Source: an uncultured Verrucomicrobiae bacterium (GTDB lineage Bacteria; Verrucomicrobiota; Verrucomicrobiia; Limisphaerales; Palsa-1400). Taken from it: a DNA stretch of 64,000 nucleotides. Shown here piece after piece: positions 10,118 to 19,300 of the stretch; positions within the stretch are counted from its first letter, which is position 1, and every line of letters begins with the position of its first letter. The position numbers were made by a program, and so were the translations under genes. The notes under the pieces were generated by a model. That model saw only the letters and a list, made by a program, of their open reading frames with translations. It did not search any database and had not been told where the DNA came from. The DNA lies in the NCBI GenBank assembly GCA_963764165.1, contig CAVXRD010000001.1, positions 1,024,001 to 1,088,000 of the forward strand, given 5' to 3'.

Positions 10118-11619
10118 GGGCGCATCTCAGTTTTTAGACAGGTCGAAGTGACGACTATGGGGAAAGAGGAGATGCCAGCGGTCGTTTCGCCAGAATGTTT
10201 CTAAACACAGCAAGGCCTCGTCTCCTTGCCGGCTCCAGTATTGTCCGGGGCGCTTGAAGCGGCATTGAGTCTGCCGGCAGGTTGATTCCACCGCTCCGCT
10301 GCCGATAGGTTCTCCCCGTCGCGCCCCAGCCCGATAGTCCATTCGCTCTTGGTGTTCTCGCAGATAGTTGACTTCTTTTTGGATCCCTTCGGCGTCCGCG
10401 CCCGCTGGCATGGCTCGCAGTATTTCCTCCAACTGGCTGATGACTTTAAGCGCGGATTGATTCTTGAGTTGTTTGACCAAGGGCCGCAGCCATTGCTTAA
10501 GCCGGTCTTTATTCTCGCCAAAAAGGGCTCGCCCCACCGCAGCCAAATGCTGCACCGCGTGATAAAAATCCAAACGCTGGCGCGCCTCGGGAAAACGGTC
10601 GTCGGCCAGCCGCCAGATCCAAGCCGCTCCATCGGCGATGACCAGCGCTCCGGCCGCCTGTCCCAATCCACGGCGCATGGCTTCGGCATGCAATGGCTGG
10701 CGCAATCCGTCTATTCCCTCCCGCGTGGCCACAAAGCCCCGCTGGCTGATAATGGGGCGCCCGCCATCGGTTTTTCCGCAATGATCAAGCCGGAAGCAGG
10801 TGCCCGTATAAACCCAATGCCAGCGTTCGGGCTCCTGCCCGGCTTTGCGCAGGCGCTGGGTTTGCCCCCACTGGTCCCGCTCGCGGATGTTCCATGCATC
10901 CATCTGGATAATCATTTGGTAAGGCTCCAAGACCATTTCCGCCTGCGCCGCCGCCGGGGCGCTCCGGCAGGCTTGCTCGTCTAATTTGCGCCGCACCTCC
11001 CGGGCTCGCTCCCCCTGCCGGCGCGCTTCCCGGTCCAGCGTCGGACGCGGCATCTTCACTCCGGTAAGATGCTCCATCACTTGGCTGGCCTCGCCCACCG
11101 GCATCTTGCTGGCCAGCAAAGCAGCCATCTCCTGCACGCGGGGCGAGTAGCCCGCCGTCTCCTCCAGGCCCAGCAGCGTATCAGCAGGAAAGCGCCACTT
11201 CTTGCACCGCTTGCAGAATCCCCGATCCCGCCGAATCGTCACCGGCCCGAATCGTGTCTGGAATGTCCGCTCGTGCCCGTGGCCGATTCGGCTCAAGGGC
11301 TGCTGGCAAACTGGACACCGGGGCGCAGCCAAGTCGGCTTTCTTTTGAGCGGCCTTTTGGGTGGCCAAGCGCAGCAGGTCTTGGCTCTGCCGCTCCACTT
11401 CCATCTCGATGTCTCCAAGGTTTTGATCTGACGCGACTAGAAAATCACGCACGCTCTGCTCCAGAGCATCGCTCAACCGCGCGGCTTTGACCGCCAGCGA
11501 CTCCGATGCCTCCGGGCAATGTCGACTAACAGAAGATTTTTCCTCACAGCAAATTGCACTCATCCACTCCTTTTATCCCATTCCTCACGACTTGACTGCT
11601 CAAAAACTGAGATGCGCCC
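10118..11619 (-). mobile_element. Complete insertion sequence, ISKra4/ISLre2-type (1502 bp)
   Basis: Perfect 18-bp TIRs GGGCGCATCTCAGTTTTT (10118-10135) / AAAAACTGAGATGCGCCC (11602-11619); 9-bp TSD CAAGTCTTT at 10109-10117 and 11620-11628. Confidence 0.95.
10127..11563 (-). CDS. DDE transposase, ISKra4/ISLre2-like
   Basis: CPVC..CKRC zinc finger, IADGAAWIW, LDFYHAVQHL, PIGSGAVES, RFK motifs. Confidence 0.92.
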   Translation of the reverse strand: MSAICCEEKSSVSRHCPEASESLAVKAARLSDALEQSVRDFLVASDQNLGDIEMEVERQSQDLLRLATQKAAQKKADLAAPRCPVCQQPLSRIGHGHERTFQTRFGPVTIRRDRGFCKRCKKWRFPADTLLGLEETAGYSPRVQEMAALLASKMPVGEASQVMEHLTGVKMPRPTLDREARRQGERAREVRRKLDEQACRSAPAAAQAEMVLEPYQMIIQMDAWNIRERDQWGQTQRLRKAGQEPERWHWVYTGTCFRLDHCGKTDGGRPIISQRGFVATREGIDGLRQPLHAEAMRRGLGQAAGALVIADGAAWIWRLADDRFPEARQRLDFYHAVQHLAAVGRALFGENKDRLKQWLRPLVKQLKNQSALKVISQLEEILRAMPAGADAEGIQKEVNYLREHQERMDYRAGARRGEPIGSGAVESTCRQTQCRFKRPGQYWSRQGDEALLCLETFWRNDRWHLLFPHSRHFDLSKN

Positions 11620-11937
11620 CAAGTCTTTGGCGGCATGACAAACGTATCGACAAGAATCCAAGGCCATATTAAAATTGAGATCCATCCGTCTTATAAAGGG
11701 TTGGCAGTGTCTTGGGTCGACGAGCGGATGTGGGACGAAGTTGCGGCTTGGGCTTCACCCTGATAGCGTGGGACCGTTGGAAATGGGGTTACCCGTTTGG
11801 ACGTTGCGTCAACAGTTAAAACGCGACCATCCTCAATTTTCTTATTGAGCTTTTCCTTAGCCGCAAAAGTCTTCTTTACAGGCCGCATCCGATCCCTTCA
11901 TTTCGTTCGTGTGATTCTTAGAGCCGATCACCGATCA

Positions 11938-12771
11938 TCATCTCCCTAGGCGTTCCAATTTTTCAAGCGTGATGCCATCTTCCGTTTTCCAGATAAGCCA
12001 GCCATTGGCCGACATTCCCAAAACAGCAGCGGCGGCCTGGCTTGGGGTGGAAAAAACGTGGTCTTGCTCGAAGATGATCCGGCTGCCCTGCTTGCGCAAA
12101 ACTCCAGACTCGATCAGCGTGGCGCACACTGCTTCGGAGGCTTTGCTCAAAGGCGACGAGGCGCCGCGCTCAGCGCCGATCGAGCCTTTGAGAACCATAA
12201 ATCCCTCCTCCACACAGCGCCCCTGGGCATTTGCCCCGCAGCAGTTGCACGTTAGAATCGCTTCCGACTTGGCCGGCAGGACCGCCTCCGGCTCAACCAC
12301 AGGGGCAGGCCCCAAATAAGGCGCAAGCCGCGGCGGATCTTTCGAGCCGGACATTTCTGCCGTGGAACCGCGGTTGAGGCGGTAGCGAACTCCCACCAAT
12401 CCAAGCAACAGCGCCGCAAACGGGAGCACCGTGTGCGGCCAATCGCCCAGTCCCTCGATGTTTTCCTCAGAGTAGGAGCGGGGCTGAGTGACGACGACTC
12501 GCTGCCTGGCCTGAAGCTGGGCCGCCATGCCCTCGATGACTTTGGCGCGATTGGCCTGCTTTTGCTCGTAACGCTCGCGGCCAACCCTGAGCTTTTGTTG
12601 AAAAGAATATTCCGCGTCAAAGAACTGCAGTCTTCGCCTCTCCTCGGCGGCGGCGGAGTTGGTTGGCTGTGGCCCAGTGGAAACGCCGGCCTTCGCCGGC
12701 CAGACGGAAGCCAGCAGAAGCGTTAAGGCAACGATGGCGGCCAGATTGGCTCGTGGGACGCAACGGTTCAT
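11938..12771 (-). CDS. Signal peptide + TM protein with C-terminal DUF4357-like domain
   Basis: N-terminal signal (..LLLASVWPAKA), internal TM (LPFAALLLGLVGV), C-terminal GFMVLKGS...DHVFSTPSQAAAAVLGMSANGWLIWKTEDG. Confidence 0.7.
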   Translation of the reverse strand: MNRCVPRANLAAIVALTLLLASVWPAKAGVSTGPQPTNSAAAEERRRLQFFDAEYSFQQKLRVGRERYEQKQANRAKVIEGMAAQLQARQRVVVTQPRSYSEENIEGLGDWPHTVLPFAALLLGLVGVRYRLNRGSTAEMSGSKDPPRLAPYLGPAPVVEPEAVLPAKSEAILTCNCCGANAQGRCVEEGFMVLKGSIGAERGASSPLSKASEAVCATLIESGVLRKQGSRIIFEQDHVFSTPSQAAAAVLGMSANGWLIWKTEDGITLEKLERLGR

Positions 12772-14480
12772 TGAGTCAAGGCAAGGCCCGCCGAATTTGG
12801 CGCAATTTCAGCATATGCGTTTATCTGAATCGGCTGGCCCCAGGGCAGTCCCAAGTTAATGTATTGGTTCGGATTGTTATGATAGCGGCTATTGACCCGC
12901 GAGTCGTAAATGAGGCCGAGAGTATTTTGAAATACGATTTGTTCATTTCGTGAAACAATGACTCCGTTAAAAACGGCGGCGCTCTGCGCCAGCCTCATGG
13001 CGGCGGCGTGATCCGTATAAAAAATCCCCTGCAGCGTTCCCATGTTGTCAGTCGCCACGGAACTATACGGCAATGGCACACCCAAGACTTTTGGATAGTT
13101 TAAGATGTAAGATGCGCGCGTGGCAGTCATATTAATATCCGTGTTGTAATTGTAATTGGCTTCCACAATGCCGTCGCCATCGGCATCATACCAGGTGCCC
13201 GTCACCCCATTGGCCTGAAGGTAGGGAATGTCATCATCAGGTGTATTGGCAATGCCGTCGGCGCCGAGATGGGATTCATCGCCGACGACTTGCAATCCGC
13301 TCCCGGGATAATTGTAGCACCAGCTAACCCAATCGGGATCCGTCACGTCCCCAGCCAGAATGGACCCTCGCACGGCGTAGGCGACCAAATCATTGCTCAT
13401 GGACGATGCCACCCACGCGTCACGGGCGGCGACGCTTTGAGTCTCCGGGGGCGTGCCGAAATTCGGACTGTTTGCATAGGTGAGATTGCTGGCAATGTAA
13501 AGATTTCCGCCGACATAAAGCGTTCCTTGTCCGGTCACAGTTCCCTGAATGACAAGATCACCCTGAATGACCACTGTGCCCTTGATGGTAATCGGAGCGG
13601 CCGGTGTCCCTGCAACATACAAACCAGTTTGCGGAGTCACATTGCCGCCGTTCCCGCCCGGGTTCGGCGTGTAGGCATTCGTCAAGACGCCGGCCACGAT
13701 TTGGTTGGTGCCAATCCACAGCCCGTTGGTGGCCGTGTTGTTCGTGGCCGCGGCGACGTAATTGCTGAAATTCAAAAGATTGGGCATCGTCACCCGGGGA
13801 GAACCCTGGTGAACGAGGTTGGTTTCATCCGTGGCAGCCAGCCCGGCGAACGGAGGCGATGCGTAATTCTGAACCGGCACTTCGTTTTCATCGACTTGGT
13901 CCGCGGCGTAGATGGCTCCATTGACGGTTGGGCTGTCTCGGAAATCAAAATCCCAGTTGGCCCGCTGGCCGCCATTGCCAGTGATGGTGCTGCCCCACCA
14001 CCAGCCCCAATTATTCAGAAAATACTCGTAATCGAACACCTGGCTGGCCGGACGAATCGTCACCGTCGCCTGGATGGTCCTGACTTTGTTTTTATAGCAC
14101 GCTGAAGAAGTGATCTGGAGGACGTTGTTGGGGGACACCGGCGATTGCACGACCGAGACCCAGGCGCCGCCAAAGTTGGGATCCGGGCTGGCGGTGGAAA
14201 TGACTTCACCTACCGGAAGGGTTCCAAGCGCCGTGGAATAGTAGTTGCTGGAACCGGGCGTTGGCAGAGTGTCAAAGGCGGCTTGCGCGGCCCAGACTGC
14301 GGCATTTTCCGAGGCATAATACGCCTTGCCCCACGCGACACGCCCATAAGCGCTGTTAAGCGAAAAACTGCTTAGAACCAATGTGGCGCTGGCAATCAGG
14401 CAAACGACTGCGCCCACCGCCACGACAATCAGCAAGGTCGATCCACTCTGGCGCAGGCGTTTTATTCGGGAAATATCCAT
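12768..14480 (-). CDS. PilX/GspK-like large minor pilin
   Basis: Prepilin-like RQSG|STLLIVVAV lacking Glu5, KAYYASE motif, beta-rich C-terminus with a DADGDG Ca-binding-like motif. Confidence 0.75.
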   Translation of the reverse strand: MDISRIKRLRQSGSTLLIVVAVGAVVCLIASATLVLSSFSLNSAYGRVAWGKAYYASENAAVWAAQAAFDTLPTPGSSNYYSTALGTLPVGEVISTASPDPNFGGAWVSVVQSPVSPNNVLQITSSACYKNKVRTIQATVTIRPASQVFDYEYFLNNWGWWWGSTITGNGGQRANWDFDFRDSPTVNGAIYAADQVDENEVPVQNYASPPFAGLAATDETNLVHQGSPRVTMPNLLNFSNYVAAATNNTATNGLWIGTNQIVAGVLTNAYTPNPGGNGGNVTPQTGLYVAGTPAAPITIKGTVVIQGDLVIQGTVTGQGTLYVGGNLYIASNLTYANSPNFGTPPETQSVAARDAWVASSMSNDLVAYAVRGSILAGDVTDPDWVSWCYNYPGSGLQVVGDESHLGADGIANTPDDDIPYLQANGVTGTWYDADGDGIVEANYNYNTDINMTATRASYILNYPKVLGVPLPYSSVATDNMGTLQGIFYTDHAAAMRLAQSAAVFNGVIVSRNEQIVFQNTLGLIYDSRVNSRYHNNPNQYINLGLPWGQPIQINAYAEIAPNSAGLALTQ

Positions 14481-14497
14481 AACGAGACGGACGCTTG

Positions 14498-15106
14498 TCA
14501 GTCATTGCGCATTTGAACCGAGAAAGTGCGATATACATTCGCAGGGTTATTGGTTGGGTTGTGCTGCGAGAATCCGTTGTCTGTCATTTGAAAGGTCACG
14601 GTAATTAGGGAGTTATTCTGCGAGCCGTCCATATTCCAGGAAGTAGAGAAGTAAAGCTCCGTCAAGGAGGCGCTGACGTTATTGGTCATCCATATCACCT
14701 GGGCCGTTGGAATCCCGGTGTTTGGAGTGTAAATGGCCGTCCCATTCGACGCATTAAAACTGATCGACTCCTGGATATAGGCGCCGTTGGTCGGGTAAAA
14801 CAAAACCACTGAAGAATACCCGTTTGTGATCCCGTTGATAAGAACGGCGCTCGACCAAACGGGAGAAATGCCCTGGTTCGCGCTCATGCTGCGCAGGCAA
14901 CTGGTGATATTGGCTTCCAGCGTATAGGCCTGTTCCTCGACGGTGTTGGCGGCATACCCATTGCGCTGTTCGGTGGCGGACTGAACGAGCAGGAGGATCA
15001 CCGATCCCCCCAAGAGAACGCTTATTCCCGTGGATACCATCAACTCCACCAGCGTGAAGCCACGCCGGGAAACCCGTTCAATATCGCCGCGCAGGGGCAT
15101 CTTCAT
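14498..15106 (-). CDS. PilW/GspJ-like minor pilin with N-terminal methylation motif
   Basis: RRG|FTLVELMVSTGISVLLGG. Confidence 0.85.
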   Translation of the reverse strand: MKMPLRGDIERVSRRGFTLVELMVSTGISVLLGGSVILLLVQSATEQRNGYAANTVEEQAYTLEANITSCLRSMSANQGISPVWSSAVLINGITNGYSSVVLFYPTNGAYIQESISFNASNGTAIYTPNTGIPTAQVIWMTNNVSASLTELYFSTSWNMDGSQNNSLITVTFQMTDNGFSQHNPTNNPANVYRTFSVQMRND

Positions 15107-15633
15107 AGGTTTGGGGTGTTGGCTGTCCGCAGCGTATCGACCTCGACTTCGAGCTGCCCTCCCCTGGCCAGCGGCGCATTCCAATCCACTTTGATGTTCA
15201 TTTCGATGTCATGGAGCGTTCCGGCCACGCTGTTTTGCGTCAGGTTCACCGTCATCGTGGGGTTCAAATTCGTCAGCCACAGCAGATCAGGGTAAAAGGT
15301 CTGGAAGGCGAGGGTATTGAGTGAGACGGGCGTGTTGTTCGACGGGATGATGATCAAGGGCGCGCCACCAGTGCCGTTGTAAATGTAATTGATCGGCAAC
15401 CCGGGCCCCACAGAGGTGAAAGGGAGGGCTTTGATGTTCTCGACGTATTTCGTCAAGAAGTTCATGGCAATCGCCTCCTGCTTCGCCTTTCGATTGCTGA
15501 TTTGATCAAGCACGATGGACGAAAGCCCCGCCACAATGAAAACCCCAAAAAGCCCTACGGAAACGACGACCTCCGCCACTGTAAATGCGGCCGTGCCTCT
15601 TGTTTTATGGAATTCAGGAGCCAATTTCATCAT
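15103..15633 (-). CDS. PilV/GspI-like minor pilin
   Basis: AA|FTVAEVVVSVGLFGVFIVAGL, later ENIKA and V.W motifs; overlaps the next gene by 4 nt. Confidence 0.75.
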   Translation of the reverse strand: MMKLAPEFHKTRGTAAFTVAEVVVSVGLFGVFIVAGLSSIVLDQISNRKAKQEAIAMNFLTKYVENIKALPFTSVGPGLPINYIYNGTGGAPLIIIPSNNTPVSLNTLAFQTFYPDLLWLTNLNPTMTVNLTQNSVAGTLHDIEMNIKVDWNAPLARGGQLEVEVDTLRTANTPNL

Positions 15634-15952
15634 CGCATCCGCCAAGCAACCGCCGTAAATGTTTGGTTGAAAAGCGTTCTCACACCCGCCATAAGCAACA
15701 ACCATTCCACTCTTGACGGAATATTCTTCAACCGCTCGCTCAAAATAGCGGATTGACGGCCGCGATTGTCGCATTTACCCGCTGGCATGCAACTCTTTTC
15801 CCCACCCGCAGGCATCACCAGGAACCAGCCCGCCAGCCGTGCGTTGGCTTTAACGCAGGGCGCGCGGCTCCTGCTGCATTTCCCTCGAATGAGGATCCTG
15901 ATGCGGCCGGTTTGCCGGAAACCGCAAGGTGAAATCGAGCACGCGAAAACCA

Positions 15953-16010
15953 AGGGTGCAATAGGGTGCAATAGGGTGCAATAGGGTGCAATAGGGTGCA
16001 ATAGCGTGCA
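15953..16010 (+). repeat. 10-bp tandem repeat (ATAGGGTGCA)n
   Basis: Four perfect units at 15961-16000 plus a partial upstream unit and a one-mismatch downstream unit. Confidence 0.95.
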
Positions 16011-16162
16011 ACGCCCCGGTCACAATTTATTGAGTCGCCCTTCCCGCAGGCCGTTAAAAAGCAGCCTCTCCCTGGCGCGGGAATCCGCAAAATATCAAAG
16101 AACACGCCCGGGCGGCGACAGGGAGAAACATAAGGGCGAAATGCCCTTGGTGTCAATTAATA

Positions 16163-16190
16163 TTGCAATTACACGTTTGTGTGGTATTAT
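16163..16190 (+). promoter_or_regulatory. Putative sigma70 promoter for the large secreted protein gene
   Basis: TTGCAA-16 nt-TATTAT in an AT-rich patch about 200 bp upstream of the ATG at 16397. Confidence 0.4.
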
Positions 16191-16396
16191 GGATAGGATG
16201 ACAAGCCAAACATCAATTGTTCAGGCCGCGAGGGTCAGGAGCGTCGCGGGTGGAGGGCTCGTCCTTCACATCATTCCACGTCACTTAAATCCGACTATCA
16301 AATTTCACAACACAAACGTTTGCAGTCAAATTCTCTTTTGCGTATACTCAACACCGTCAAGACGGTTGGTGCGCTGACCGAATTTAAGCAAATCCC

Positions 16397-19300
16397 ATGA
16401 ATGCTCTTCGTTTCCATGGCAAACAACGTACACAGGCGGCGCTGTTGTCACTCATGTTGCTCGTTGTGGCGTCAGGAACCGCCCTTGCCCAAAGCGGGCC
16501 GCCCGAACTTCCTCCAATTCCCTTTAACGCGTGGAATTTTTACCCGCTGGAAAATCCGCCGTGGGCGGACTGGTTTGGAGATTTGCCGAGAGCCTCCACC
16601 AATCTCACGACCGCGCCAAGTTGGGATTATGACGGAACGGCCCTAAGCCTGGACACCAACGTCGCCTTTTTGCAGTTCGATTACTTTGAAGGCGGCGAAC
16701 CCGTCCTTTATTTCGACAACGGTTCACTTGCGTGCTGGGCGCAAATGAACTGGACATCTGTCACCGATGGCGGCACTGGCCCGAGCAATTGGGCAGTTTT
16801 AATTTCCATTGGCAATTGGACCTCCAACGCGGCTCAATCGGGCTGGACGATAGCGATCGATCCGGCGGGCACGAACCTTGTCATGGAAGCCCAAGCGTCC
16901 GGCTCGAATCAGATGGTGTTCAAAACGCCTATCGATTTTGACGAAGGCGACTGGCACTTCGTCACGATGACGTATTCACCGTCCAACAGTTGGCTGTATT
17001 TGGAGGGCCAGCCGGTGTGCAGCAATGGCCCGATTCTTTATCAGCCGTCACGTGCCGACTGCACGAACTACGGTTTTTTTGTTGGAAGCCTCTCCACGTC
17101 TGGAATTGATACCCTGCAAGGGCAAATGCAATGGCTGGCCACTTACGATTACCAGTTAAGCTCCAACGAAGTCTCTGACGCCTACGCTGCGCAATCGGCC
17201 TACATCACTTATTGGGGCGGAAGCTTGCCGCCCATTGGATTCGGCGGTGGTGGCTCTCATTTGGACGCTGATCCGCCTGCGCCGGGCGGCACCAATGTCA
17301 GCACCAATTATAGCGGCGGCGGTTATGGCGACACGAATGGGTTTACTCCACCTGCGCCAATTTCGACAACCAACTACGCCGATTACGCGATGTCTTATTT
17401 GACGATAACGAACAGTGGAGGATACGCCCACATCGCTGTCCAGAATTGCCTAAGCAATCTCATCTACGTGGTTTACACCAATTCGGATTTAGCCAACTCC
17501 AACGGCTGGGCGATCTGGCAGACCAACGTCGCCACAAACACCGCTATAATTTTACCCCCTATTGCAGATGCCACCAACGCTTTGTTCTTCACTTCCGCCC
17601 TCGTGCTGTTTACCGGCACAAACGGCTTGGCAGATTACTGGTGCATGGAATATTTTGGAACACTCAATGTAAATCCTTTTGCCGATCCCGACGGGGACGG
17701 CTTATGTAATCTCGACGAATTCACTTTAGGCCTAAACCCGACCAATGCTCACTCGATTTCCTCACTCCACAAAGACGCACAAGCACTTATCCTCGCATAC
17801 ACCAACGACTTGGCTGCCTCCAATCACCTATTTATCACGAACGCGACCGCGAACACGAACATCCTTTTAGTTACTTTCAGCCCGACCAAGATGGGAAGCA
17901 ATTATCAAATTTACAGCCAGGTGCAATCGGTGACGAACGGCCCTTGGATTGTGGAAACCAATTTCCTCGGCACAAATACATCGACCACGGTAGCCGTTTA
18001 TTTGAACGGGAGAAGCATTTCTTTGATAGGGGGTCTTGGTTGGGACACTGATGGAGATTCCCTGCCGGACGGATATGAAGTGCTCGCCACCCTTACCGAT
18101 CCGTATCTGCCTGATACCGGAATTACGGGAACCAGTGACGCCTACAAGGACCCGGACGCCGATGGGTATGTCAACATACAGGAGTATTACAACGGCACTG
18201 ATCCATTGGTGTTCAACTCACCCGCAGCACCGACGGGACTCTCCGTCACATTAAATAGCAATGGCTCCTGTGCGACGATTAGCTGGAGTTCGTCCGGGTC
18301 GGCCACAGGTTATACACTTCAACGCAATACCGGTTCAGGGTTCTCCACGATTGCCACTATCAGTGCGCCCGGCACTTTATACGAAGATTGTTCGCTGACT
18401 AGCGGTGTCAATGCAAGCTATCAATTGCTTGCCAATTATGCTCTGGGCACATCATCTCCGTCGGCTTTGGTGAACACACTGCTTAACAGCAATTACACTA
18501 CAAATGCGCTGATCGTACGTGGGCCGGGTGGAGCGCTCTACATAGTTGCCTCGGCGGTTTCGAGCCAAATAACCGCCTTTCGTGTCTTTCATACCAACGT
18601 GGCAGATTGTTATTATCCAATTGGTGAGGTGGATCCGGCTCCTTATTACTACGACGGCTCCTTTTCAAACGCTCCTACGCTCACCAATGGATATTTTGAC
18701 GTACCGATTACCGCCTTCACGAATGGCGTCTGCCAGCTAACCACAAATCAAGTGCCGCCGTACTGTGTGAACCAATTCAGTTTGCAGCCACGCGGCACCA
18801 ACGGAAGATATGGAGAAATAATACAACTCGGGCAAATAACGAGCGACACGGATCGAGCCGACTATGACATTCCGTTTTTTGACGGTCGCACCAACATCGC
18901 TCAGAATATCAAATTCCTCTTGCGGGTCTGTAATACGGAATCGCCATTTGTTATCAGCTACGACGGCTTTAATCTTTCGCAATACCCGGAATCCCCCTTC
19001 CCCAATTATGTGTTTGCGGGTTGGCACTTTATGAATGGCTACCAAAGTATTTCCGGCGCCGCCGAAATGGATGAGTTCTGGCCCTTCGAGGAAAACAACT
19101 ATTATTTAAACCTTTGCCCGTCTGTAATGACTTTCGACTCGTATGGAAACGCCACCTCAGGCGTCGATTGGAATGGAAATTTCGGGGATCCCGACGGTAC
19201 GTGGAACTTCGAGTACGAAACCGACGATGTGTTGAGCAAGTACTTCGATACGGTTGGACTGGTCTCTGGCAAGTCATCCCCTTCGCTGGCACCAGTATTG

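Larger units (their letters stand above)
9761..11763 (+). pseudogene. AT-rich putative lipoprotein gene (~163 aa) split by an IS
   Basis: Lipobox-like IIVGC. Removing the IS and one TSD restores the frame: ...MKTLQMQVF|GGMTNVSTRIQGHIKIEIHPSYKGLAVSWVDERMWDEVAAWASP* (TGA at 11761-11763). Confidence 0.8.

Noticed and set aside
15790..15935. Possible c-di-GMP-I riboswitch upstream of the pilin operon (GGCAAACC on the minus strand)
   Set aside because: The expected GAAA-loop P2 and GACGCAAAGC continuation are absent; would need an Rfam scan.
15953..16010. Possible CRISPR array
   Set aside because: 10-bp head-to-tail units with no spacers and no cas genes.
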